DNA from: Mytilus edulis
Lineage: Eukaryota
Assembly (NCBI RefSeq): GCF_963676685.1
Contig: NC_092345.1
Location: 69,502,001-69,566,000, forward strand
DNA length: 64,000 bases
Direction: 5' to 3'
Shown piece after piece: positions 1 through 12,019 of this stretch (its first letter is position 1; each line of letters opens with the position of its first letter). Under the pieces are notes generated by a model. The model did not search any database. It was not told the origin of the DNA and worked only from the letters and a program-made list of their open reading frames with translations. The position numbers and the translations under genes are program-made.

Positions 1-424
1 GGGAACGACTTATCATAAGTCAATGGTATTTGGTATGCAGTTGTATTAGCATTGGCACATCTCATTTACATGGAAATTGTTTAGCCATGTAACTCAGTCA
101 TGGTTCATTGACTTTGGATATTTGCATGAAATGTGTAAGATGTTAAAATATTGCTATTTTGATTTCAACATTTGCATAATCAAAATTACAAAAAGGCGAG
201 ACATATATCTGTGATAACAGTTTATTTAAATATATTTTCATTATCATTGGTGGAATTAAATTGTGCACATATGAAAATCGTCATTTGCAGATTTTATACC
301 ACCGTTTAAGATTTTAGAATTTTCTAAAATGATCATACATACAAAGGGAAGTGGTAAAGGTAAAAACTAGGTTATAAAACAAGCAAATAGATTCTGTAAA
401 ACTTTCTACTGCACGTTTACTCAC

Positions 425-3400
425 CTGTGATCAAATACGACATCCACACTAGTTTGTTAATTTTAATGTTGTCTTTGTATTTCGAAACACACATTGTCGC
501 TATGACAGCGACTGCGCATCCTATGGCTGCAAACATTGACATTATTTGGAAGGCACTTGTAGTTTTAATCCATCCTTTATTAAAAGACAAAAGTTTTAGT
601 TCAGACATTGTCTTACGCCATTTCCAATTCGTTTTATTTTATCGACTAGGCTGTGAAATAAAATACACAAAGATCTAACATAAATGTAGGACTCTTTGCA
701 AAAATATTTCTTATATTACCGGTAGTATATTCGTATCTTTATAAAACAATTTCATATTCAGTCTAGTTTTAAAGTTAGAAAATCAACTGTTTTGATGGTA
801 ATTGACGTTGATGGTGTCTTATGTTTTACTTACACAACATGCATTTAGTTTAATCAGTATTTATTAATGAAAAATGTCAGGATAAATATTACAATGTTAC
901 ATAAAGTTCAAATATAGGATTCGGAAAAAAGTTTGGAAAAACTTTTATAAATCCGTCTCCCTAAAAAAAAGAAACATCTATTTAACAAACAATATTACGT
1001 GCCAACAGTATATTCAGTTTATGGTAGCATATGATAAAATGAATAAATACACACACACAAACACACGCAAAAAAAATACAACAAATAAAATAAATGAAAA
1101 AAAAATATAAAAATGTGGAAAAAAAGGAAAAAAAAACCAAAAAAAACACGAAAACAGTCAACTCTTATTTACTTTTCTAGACAGTCACTGGAACCAACAC
1201 ACAAGTCCGACTATAGTCAATTACGCCGGGCAATAGCTCGATTTCACATCATATTAAAAAAAAGTCTATATATATAATATATATGTTGTGTACAAGCTAT
1301 CATGCATTTGCAATACTGATATTGTACGACATACTATCACCTGAGCTTATAAAGTTTATTAAAGGGGATTAATATGAAATAAACACGAAAGGTGTTATCA
1401 TTATTTCTAAAAAAATGTTAATTCCCGAAATGTACATAAATTTTTTTGCAACAACCATAAAATGACAGCAATTGATATTATTACAGTAATCAACTTCAAC
1501 GTATCAATAATCCAGTTCTTACAATGAAAAGCTTGTGTCTATGCTCTTTTCCTATTTCTGGAAATTAAATACATTTGTATGTTCAAACTTACAAAATAAC
1601 ATATACTTTTCAAACTTTTATGTCACCTGGAACGACAAGGTATAAACCGCTACTTTATGATATACGTTATAAAACCATATACACGGGTGTCATTCGGTTT
1701 ATCGAGAGAAATGATCGTGAAAGAATATCTAACGGCGGTCAAGTATTGAGAGACGATCGTGAAAGCTCTGGTAACGGATCGTGAAAGACATTTAATGTAA
1801 ATTCTAGTTCAGAATCTTTGAAAAATTGCTTAATTTTCCAAACGCGGAACAAATCCAAACAAAAAACTATGTCTGTCAAAATGGTTTAACTTCCTCAACA
1901 TAACTGTGAAATAAGATAAAGAAAATATCCAGTACTTTATGAAAAAACACAAAAGGCGCAATGTATGTCTATGAAATTAATTACAAATAACACGCTTTTT
2001 GTACCAATAATGGTCATATTTCAGTTTATCATGATATATTTGAAACTTAATCTTTGGTGTATCTGATAGTATAGTAAAATTAAAGTATGTTCTTCCCTTA
2101 AAAGCATTAATTTGTTTATGAAAAGCTTGAATTTGTTAAATTTCCATCAAACTTGATCGTGAAAGATCAGGCAACGCATTATTTTGATCGTGAAAGATAA
2201 TGCGTGACCAGGGTTAATACTAGTAGTCAGAAATCAGTATTTCTTTTATCATTTGATAAACCTGTAACTGGTTGAAGCCTGTATCTATTTTGATAAGGAT
2301 GATCATTAAAGCTATTATTTTTTCTATTCAACACTTTACATCGAAAGTTAAAAAAAACCAAATACGTGTCTAAATAAGTGTGAAAGATTAAGCTCTGAGA
2401 ATCGGTCAAGTGCAATATAGGCAGACTAGACCGACACTATTTAGCCAATAATATGGATATGCAACGTTTAAACCAAAATGATATCCATCAAACAAAAAAT
2501 TACAGCAAAACAGCATCTTTCATGAGTAATTTGAGATTGAACGATAACCAACATTTTGTGCAACAGTACTTTCTTTAGTTCTTGATATACAACGCAGATG
2601 TGGATTGCTTTAACTATATACTACAGACTATAGAATACCAGCGCGCAAATCCTGTAATGTCTCGTCTGCTTTACCTATCGTAGTATATTTGTTGAACGTC
2701 TATAAATTATATCAAGGGTTTTACTAGAAGTGTCAAATGCGCTTAAGATTGTCAATGGTTCATAAAAAGAGTGCAAGGTCAGATGAACCATGCCATACAG
2801 ATCTCTACAAATATCCCGTACACCAAATAAATGTGTTCCAATCCTTACAGTGCCTTAGAAACTGACAAATGTAAAAGTTATGCTTGGACAATAAATTCGG
2901 AACATAAGGTCAAAAGTATATGAACCCTGACCGACAGCCAGACATAGACATCTTACTATCATTCAATATATCAAATACAATTGACGTCACCATGGTCATA
3001 ATATATGAAACATGCAGACAAACATGTACATGAAATACCTTGGCGCTATAGCATACAGGTATATATCCAAAAGGCTACACAACATAAAACGAACATTGCC
3101 GAATGATGCATGATAATGAGTTCTATGTTATTTGAAAACTTGATGAAGTCTAAAATGTACAACTTACAATCATAACAACAGACAGTTATCCGAAAGCTTA
3201 ACGAATCCGCAGTGACGGACTTGACTACAAAACTGAATCTTCAGGTAGCAATACACAGTTAGGAAAAACACTTAAGATTGACACTCATAATTTTTAAACA
3301 CCCTCTTTCCCCTCCTGTCTAACAAATAAAGCTTTCTATGTGTGTTATACATGTATATCTATCTATACTATTAAACGAGAAGACCTCATTTTGTCTGTCG

Positions 3401-6400
3401 CTTCTCTTCTTTCCACAATAAATTTATCAACACGCCTCTGTGTCCTACAGGTACAGTGAATAGTCGCATTTGTATGATTATTTAGATTGAGTTATTTTGG
3501 GAGAAAATCGAGAAAAAAGGCGTCCGGATATTCTCCCGTCATTGGACGAAATTTTAAGTCAGATTAGAATTTGCGTTTTTCTGTATACTTTGAACATACA
3601 CATATACTACGAGTATTGTATCTGCTATCATTTTCAAGTTTACTATCCACGGCGGTCACAGAGTTTATTAAATAGAGGGTCTGTATACTATATCAATGAC
3701 CACCATGGATCGATTAGTAAACTTAGAATTGAAAGTAATTACACTTTATTTATACAATAATGAATGTTCATAATATACAGATAAGCGCCAAAATTATTCA
3801 TGTGAACTTTTGATACCTTTTCTGAAATTCTCCAGTCATTAAATCTTTTATAAAATTCATTGATTACAAAAAAAGAAGATGTGATATGTTTGCCATGTTG
3901 AGACAACTCTCCACAAGAGACCCGACACAGAAATTAACAACTATAGGTCAACGTACGGCCTTCAACAACGAGCAAAGCCAATACCGCATACACAGCTTTA
4001 AAAGGCCCCGAAATGACGATGTAAAAACAATTCAAACGAAAAAACTAGCGGCCTTATTTATGTACAAAAAATGCCGGAACGAAAAACAAATATATAACAC
4101 ATAAACAAACGACAACCACTGAATTACAGGCTCCTTACTTAAATGTTCATAACATACTAAAGGTATGTTCTTATTGAAATTGATAGAAAACTAAAAATTA
4201 GGGACTTTGGAAATAAAGGAGGAGGGATAAAAAAAAAAAAACATTTTCCTGTCCCCAATAACCTATGACTTATGATACTTTTGCTGAAATTCTCCAGTCA
4301 TTCAATATTTTACAAAATTCTTCCAACAACACTTTACATACTTTAAACTACGCTCTGAATGCCCGCGATTTCGCGGGTGTGTTCTAGTATTTATAAAAAG
4401 AAAATCTTCCATAGATTTGATTTCTAAGGGTCATAATGGTGAAATATAACTTAAGCCCTGTTGGGTATAACCATGGCAACAATCTGCATTTCTTAGATAC
4501 AAAATATAGCAAAAAAGGGGGTTGAACATCTCACAAAAGTCTCCAAAATTTGGTTTTAAGGAAAATTTCAATCAATTACAGTGATACCTTTCCTGAATCA
4601 ATAGGTTTATATCTATCAAGTGGTCATATGCATTTCTGTTCGTTTTTCCATGAAATTGAATTTGAAATGCTTAAACCTATTGAGGATGTTGACCTATCTA
4701 GCTTTTCTCAATACCAATAACACATATTAATTATTATATAGTTGAAGAAAATTTTGAACGTCTTCGTAGCATCAGATCCTTCACGATCCTTTTCACGATC
4801 TTCAAAAATGCGGTACGTGATCTTTCACGATCCAAAAAATCAATTTTTGTGTAACTAGTTCTTTATTTACCAATTTTCAGATTATGTTTATACAAAATAA
4901 CTATGAGAACCGTTTGATTAATTCAAATAGAATGCCCTTATTTGGATAAAAGTAGTTTTTCTAGTCGAATTTGTGAAAAAATCATGTTTGTTTACATTTT
5001 TTATGTCATTGAAATGTCGAGAAGCAATCTGCCTTTTGTTGTTTTATAATAACTATGTACTTTTAACACTGGATATTCTCACATACTGATCATAATGTTG
5101 AACCATTTTGACAGACAATTTTATTTTGTCGTAAATTTGTTTGTGTAATTAATTAAATTAGAATATTTATTGACCTTTCATATGTCTTCTCGATTAAATG
5201 TCTTTCACGATCCGTTACCAGAACTTCCACGATCGTCTCTCAATACTTGACCGCCGTTAGATATTCTTTCACGATCATTTCTCTCGATAAACCGAATGAC
5301 ACCCGTGATATATATATACAGCGTTATCGGACTATCCTGGATAAATTGAAGGCATTTAACAAACTTTATGATCAAAACCAGAAGGTAGATATATATATAA
5401 TATATATATAGGTAGCAGGAAGTTTACCAACGTCAGATCAGGTACAAAATTTGAGTTATTAATTAATTTCTTGAGGACGGCTTGAAACTTGTATATCTTT
5501 CATCGATCAAACGATTTCCAAGTAAGATAAAAAAAAAAAAAAAAAAAAAAGAATTTGCCATAAACAGGAACACAAAAACATATATTTTCAAATTAATGAT
5601 TATATTTAAGACTGGAATAAGTGCAAAGCACAAAATAGATTATGTCCGAAAAAGAAGGTACATGATATTTTCTTTTACGATATATATAAGAGTTTGACGC
5701 AATTAGCCGGTTGTGTTTGTACGATCGATGCAACCACATGGATATCGAGTAAACTAAAGAATTCGAAACTTTCTCTCTATAAAAAAACTAATAGCAACTT
5801 CCCCCAAATGAAACAAAAAATAGTCTTTCCGTTTTAAATTTTACTAAGAGGTCAGTATTTCTGTGATTTTACTTTTTGTCCATTGGAAGGCAGACATATC
5901 GTTCTGTTTTCCCAATGTATTTAATGAAAGTAATCGATGCAATATTCTCCATCCTTTAAAAAATAAATAAAAGCATCGATATCTCTCTTAGTATATGAGA
6001 ATACGGGTGTATGTATCTTTGAATTTACGAAATGCGAAGAATATTGCACTTCAGTTTATGTATATATTTTATTCCAGGTGTTTATTAATGGCGACGCACT
6101 AATAAACTATCTATCTATAATATATCTACCTTTCCTCGTCAGTAGAATCTAGAGTTTTAAAAACACAGTACATGATAACACAGTACATGATAATTATATT
6201 AGGCATGAAGATGGAAAAAGTATTCACAAATGGCGAAGGACTTAATACCATTTGCTATAAACGTTTTTCTCACTAGTAGATTGATATTAAATCTTTGAAT
6301 TACTAAAGTAACATAAATCGAATTAAAAATAAATGATTTGCAGACTGAAAATAATATCTTAATTGTTATCCGACCAGTCATTCCTACGGAAAATAATGTA

Positions 6401-6688
6401 CAAGCATATTTTATTACCTGGTGTGTCTTTTCCAAGGAAATTGATGATACTTTCACAGCATTCGAAGGAGCCTTGGTAAGAGGTCAGCATTGAGCAGTGA
6501 TCCCAAAGTCCTAGTCGTGATGAATCTGATTCCGACCATGACGAACTTACTATACCAAGGACTATGAAAAAAAATCCTACTGGTATTATAAAAATTGTTA
6601 GACGAACATTCAATGAAAACTCAAAAAAGTTATCAGTTCCTTTAATGAGAGCGTCTGACCAGGACATCGAATTTTCAACAGTTGCCAT
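425..6688 (-). CDS. Paralogous claudin-like gene, coding exons 6418-6688 and 425-574; continues beyond the left edge
   Basis: Exon 1: MATVENS...SSWSESDSSRLGLWDHC...ECC...KDTP G|GTAATA (271 nt, phase 1). Exon 2: AAG|GWIKTTSAFQIMSMFAAIGCAVAVIATMCVSKYKDNIKINKLVWMSYLIT G|GTGAG (150 nt). Same phases and motifs as the 26444 gene. Confidence 0.8.
1682..5307. mobile_element. Non-autonomous TIR element with CACGG...CCGTG ends (CMC/Chapaev-like)
   Basis: ~115-bp TIRs, repeated GATCGTGAAAG subterminal motif, ATA(TA) flanks; absent from the paralogous site at about 55655. Confidence 0.85.
3362..4387 (+). mobile_element. Non-autonomous Helitron nested in the 1682-5307 element
   Basis: A|TCTATACTA 5' end, 3' hairpin CCCGCGA-TT-TCGCGGG then CTAG|T. 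Confidence 0.75.
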
Positions 6689-7056
6689 GTCATGAACGAA
6701 TAACAATCAGTACACAAGGAACTAAATTTCTTTATCGCCTACATTTCATTTACAAAATTCAACCCCTATTACCTGTAATAAAACGACTAGATATATCAAT
6801 TCTTTTTAAATTGAATGTTGACTAATTTATAAACTTATATATGCATACGGAATGTTCATGCGAATCATTGATGAAAAACTCAGAGCAAATATGACGACAG
6901 TCAATCACTAAATTTACGTTAACATACTTTTAAAACAATCATGTAATGAAGATAATCTTTCAAAATAGTTCTGATCTAGCCTAATAAGACAAATAAAACA
7001 AAAATAAACAAATCATAAAGAAATCAAGTTCAAAAGTAAATAAACAAAAAAAAATA

Positions 7057-7450
7057 AAAACAACACGTTTAATAATTTCTTGCATCCAAAGCGCTTTTCC
7101 GGATTTACCTTCACCAGGAACGCTCAAAGCCAAACATTTGAAATCCGAAGATGTACAAGTACCGAAACCATTAATGAGCTATATGTCAAAAATACCTTAA
7201 ATAGATATCCAAATTCATCTTAAGCCAACTTTGCCTGAGGGAGTTAAAACCTTAGTTTCTAAATAATTTATAAATTTATAAACGGACAATTTTAGTAAAG
7301 TTTGTTAAATCATGTCAGTACCGAAATACTAACTACTGGGCTGATGATACCCTCGGGGACTGATGTTCTACCAGCAGAGGTATCAACCCAGTGAAGTAAA
7401 AGATTGAAAACAACACGCTTTGATAATTTCTTGCGTCCGAAAAGCTTTTC
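7057..7450 (-). repeat. About 1.1 units of a third ~350-bp retrozyme-like repeat with a degenerate hammerhead (7082-7125)
   Basis: AAAACAACACG recurs 350 bp apart. It shares the CTGGGCTG(A/G)TGATACCCTCGGGGACT block with 49379-50278. Confidence 0.55.
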
Positions 7451-8088
7451 TGTAACTATAAATGTGCTATGTCCACAAATTAAAGCTTTAACATTACTTT
7501 TTAGGGGGATAGTGTCATCAAGACACAAATCTCATTTAAAAATCGCTTGTAAAAAATAATTAAATATCCCAACATATTCGGTGAAGATGATCCAAATTTC
7601 ACTATTAGGTTCACGAAGAGTTAAAATTGGCCCCCAAGTTTTAATTTGTTTTTTAAATCGGGCCAATTAATTACAAATTTCAAATAGAAATACTTGTGAT
7701 AATTCTGTTAAGACTAAAACAATACTTTTTTGGCACTTTCCTTTAAAACTTTTGAAGCTACGACCCCCTAAATATACATCATTACGTTTGTCCAAAATCT
7801 TAATTGTTTGTTGCATAATTTATCTTGGCCGCCATCCACTAACCATCGGCATACACTGATCAAAAGAAGAACAGAATATAATAAACCTCCCATCCCCCAA
7901 AAAGTATTTCTGTTACACGAAGTGCAGATTGTAAATTAAGTTAGAATGAGTAATAGGTTTTCAACTCATCAAATAAACTGAATATTTTTTTAATATTTGA
8001 TCTATACTAAAAATAAGAGCGATAATTGTCTTATTTGTTTTCACTTTTCAGTTATAGCTCGACGAACCAAAAATGTATACGGAAATAA

Positions 8089-8820
8089 AACTAGGGGCTC
8101 TCAAGAGCCTGTGTCGCTCGCCTGTATTTACCAATGCGTTGAAAATCATGTAAAATAGGGTTAAAGTCATGATTAATAGTAATAGATATTAGATATTTTC
8201 AGATATAATGATATCTAAAATAGAAAAAAAAAACTGCAAAATTTCCGTAAAATTGCTTACTGAGGGGCAGCAACCCAACAAGGGGTTTTCGTATTCGTCT
8301 GAAATTTCAGGAAAAATTTATCATAAAGGGCAAAAAATCCTGACAATTTTGTTCATCTTGACTTATTTGTAGATGTAACTTTGCTGTATTGCTGTTAACA
8401 GTTTATCTCTATCTATAAATATATTCAAGACAATAACCAAAACGGCAAAATTTCCTGAAAATAACCAATTCAGGGGCAGCAATCTAACAACGGGTTGTCT
8501 GATTCTTCTAAAAATTGAAGGGCGGATACCTCATTTTTTCATGTCAGATTTGCCCTTAATGCTTAAGTTTCAGAGATATAAGCCAAAAACTGAGTTTTTC
8601 TATTTTTAGCTATGTCGGCCATGTTGGTTTGCCGGCGAGGTCATCGGACACATTCTGTAAACTAGATACCCTGGCGATGACTGTGGACAAGTTTTACTTC
8701 GGCAAAGTATTTCCAGAGAATTTTATTTTGTAAAAGTTAACCAACGACGACGACAACGGGCGACGGACGCTAAGTGATGAGAAAAGCTCACTTGACCTTT
8801 CAAGTCAGGTGAGCTAAAAA
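8089..8820 (+). mobile_element. Non-autonomous Helentron/DINE-like repeat (partial paralog at about 16153-16770)
   Basis: 3' hairpin AGCTCACTTGAC...GTCAGGTGAGCT followed by an A-run, with a short microsatellite just before it. Confidence 0.5.
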
Positions 8821-10018
8821 TCTATGACATAGCGCATTTACTGTTCCTTATTGCAACTGTTTCATTAAATAAATTAGAAATTATCATGAAACTAGGCACT
8901 GTTGAACTTGGATCGATTTGGCTATTTGTTGTATATACCGGTAACGTGTAACCAGGCATTTATTTCAAACGAACGTTCCAGTTGATACTTGGATTCTAGT
9001 TGTCCACAAACAATACGGCAATACTAAAATATTTTCTATGCTATGCACAATGAAATATAATATATACACCTCTAGATCTTTGTCGATATATAATTACAGT
9101 GAGCAATGGAACAGACGGTCACTTCCAAACAATGTTTGCTGGCACAGCTTGTCCTCCGAATGGAACTGCCTGTCGAACAGACAATGCAGATTGTAGCAGT
9201 CTGTCCTCCGAGTTGGACTGTCTGCCCTGCCAACTTTCTATGTTAGACCTTCCCGATAGGTTGTTTCAGTCTTTACAGTTCTTGTTTACAACAACGGCTT
9301 TGTTTGAACTCTACACGAAACTTACACCACTTTCCTTTTCTTACACCTTGAACAGAGCGCAATACTATCCTTCTTATTGACTTTATTTTCCCTTTTTCTC
9401 TAGTTTGTCAACTGGTAATACTTTATGATAGAAAAAAACACCCTACAAAACAATACAAAACAATGCTTTAACTTGCATAAGAAGAATTTTTTTTTATCTC
9501 TTTCATCTTTAGGGTCAAATGAAGTGGGACAAAATCCACATTTCCATTGGTTTTTTTTACTTGTTGTATTTTTTGGCCATCTTGGTTCTGCAAATACAAA
9601 ACAAAAATACTAAACCTTTAAACATAAACAAACTAACACTTAATCAAGTACATAATCATCCATCTAGACTGGTCTTTTTCTTTCACGACGACCTCTTCGG
9701 TATTTTTGTTAGTAAAGATAATTACTTATAGTAAACAAAACTTTGAATTTTTGAAATACTTAGGATTTTTTACCTCAGGAATATATTACCTTAGCTGTAT
9801 TTGGCAAAAGATTTAGAAATTTTGTGTCCTCGATGGTCTTCAACTTCTTCCTTTATATGGCCTTTTAAACATTTTTTAATGCGGGTGGCACTGATGAGTC
9901 TTTTGTAAACGAAATGCACGGCTGGCGTTAATATAAAATTTCAATCCTGGTTTCTATGATAAGTGTATTTCTATCGGTCCATTGTATTTTTTTTAGAGCA
10001 TATTCAGGTCAATAACAT

Positions 10019-10795
10019 TCTAATATAGCATGCATTGGATAAGATCTGTCAAGAGTTCCTATATTCTCTCTCTTCCTGCAAAACTACATTTTGTGTGTGT
10101 GTGTGTGTTTTACCACTTACATTCATCAGTCTTGACATACTTGACTGAAAGAAAAATTGACCGACCTAGTTAAAAAAAATCATTAGAATGAAATTCCAAA
10201 CAGTGTGGCTGTGGCCATTGATTGACATATTAAATTCATCCATTGACTGGGACTATTTACGTGAACGTTTGTCTGTAACGATCACTGTTCACGACGTACC
10301 TACGATAGACATTTAAGCTGAGGGGTCACCAAAGGTTTCTTAACGCCTTTAATTATAAAACAATTTGAAAAATTAATCAGGAATAACCTTTATGTTTTGA
10401 TTTGTATAATTGATATAAATCAAAACATCGTGTTATTTCTGATTAATTTTTCGAATTACTTTATTAAGGTGTTGAGAACCTTTGGTGACCCCACTGTTTA
10501 AGTGTCTTTAAAAAGTACATAGTGAGCAGTGGTCGTTACATACAAACGTTCACCTAAATTGTCCCAGTCAATGCATGAATTTAATGTGTCAATCAATGGC
10601 CACAGCCACACTGTTTTGAATTTCATTCTAATGATTTTTTTTAACTAGGTCGGTCAATTTTTCTTTCAGTCAAGTATGTCAAGACTGATGAATGTAAGTG
10701 GTAAAACACACACACACACACAAAATGTAGTTTTGCAGGAAGAGAGAGAATATAGGAACTCTTGACAGATCTTATCCAATGCATGCTATATTAGA
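10019..10795. repeat. 777-bp palindrome with a foldback MITE-like core (10201-10613)
   Basis: The arms are reverse complements over their full length, centred near 10410. Confidence 0.92.
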
Positions 10796-11739
10796 TTATA
10801 ATTAATAGTCTCAAAATTGTTTACGCCTGGCTAATTTTTCGTTAACATTAGACTCTTTAGTGACACATAAAAGGCATCATTCTGAAAGACGTTGTCAAAA
10901 ATAAGCATAGGTTATCTCGATTCCTTGGTAGAAATTCCGGTCATTATTGTATATATATAAATATATTTTTAAAAGCTTAGAGGTTTGAGTCCTAAATAAG
11001 TTAAAACCGAACATCACGTTACAAATTTAAAAACTTATCTGTCTCAGGGTATTGTTCCGATGGGGCTTATTTTGAAAGCTTCATCCTTTACCGCCGGTGA
11101 ACAATCTATCAGATTTATGGTTAGATGGAATAATATTATCCACAGTGTTCCGTGAAATTAATGGATCGATAACATGATGAAGCGTCTCATAAACACTTAA
11201 AGGAGTAGGGTTAATAAGGCCCTTATTTGGCCCCAAAATTACTGCAAATTTAAAAGATACCATATGTATTCTTGAATAACTTAAAACCCGTACTACAGTA
11301 CAAGGTACTCAGAGAAACAAAACAAATTTGACATTGAACAAGTTTCCATGGCAACAAATCATGATTTATTTTGCATATTTTGTAAATTTTTGTGATTTTC
11401 CTTGTTTTTTTTATCAAATTTTATGTATATTTTAGATTGAACAAATATGTGCGCACCCAAGAAACAACTTTATATTTATTGGATCATGTCAGTAGTAATA
11501 ATAAAGATTCTGTTAAATTAAATCATTTGGTTGTTTCTTGCTTGCGCACGAGGTTTCCGGTATTTTTCATCGTTTTTTTGCAAATAGTACATATTATGAC
11601 GTAATTGTGACGTCATCAGGTAAAAATCTTTATATTTCTGGAACCTATGCATTTCTTAACATTATGTGCCAATTTGAATAAGATATCAACCATTTATTTT
11701 TTTGGGGCAAAATCCAGGCCTTAAGCTCTTACTCCAGAA

Positions 11740-11763
11740 TATTGACTCTTCAACAGTAGCCAT
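11740..11763 (-). pseudogene. 5' remnant of claudin exon 1 (MATVEES) in a duplicate of the 6670-8300 region
   Basis: 11740-12019 plus 15467-16400 aligns by eye with about 6670-8300. Only the first ~7 codons remain. Confidence 0.6.
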
Positions 11764-12019
11764 GTCCTGAACGAATATCAATGTTCCTTTATCGCCTTCA
11801 TTCCATCTACAAAATTTGATTCAACCCTTATTACCTGTAATAAAACGACTAGACATATCAATTCTTTTTAGATTCAACGAAGACTAATTCATAAACTTTT
11901 ATATGCATAATGAATGATCATACGAAACATTGATGAGCAAATATGACGACATAATCATACCCATGGAACGAGATAGAAACGATTAGCCAATCACGAAATT
12001 TACGTTAGCATACTTTTAA

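Noticed and set aside
9099-9731. GC-richer patch with short ORFs and a minus-strand WKCGFC fragment
   Set aside because: No consistent frame, splice structure or family I can identify; possibly a decayed TE or gene remnant.
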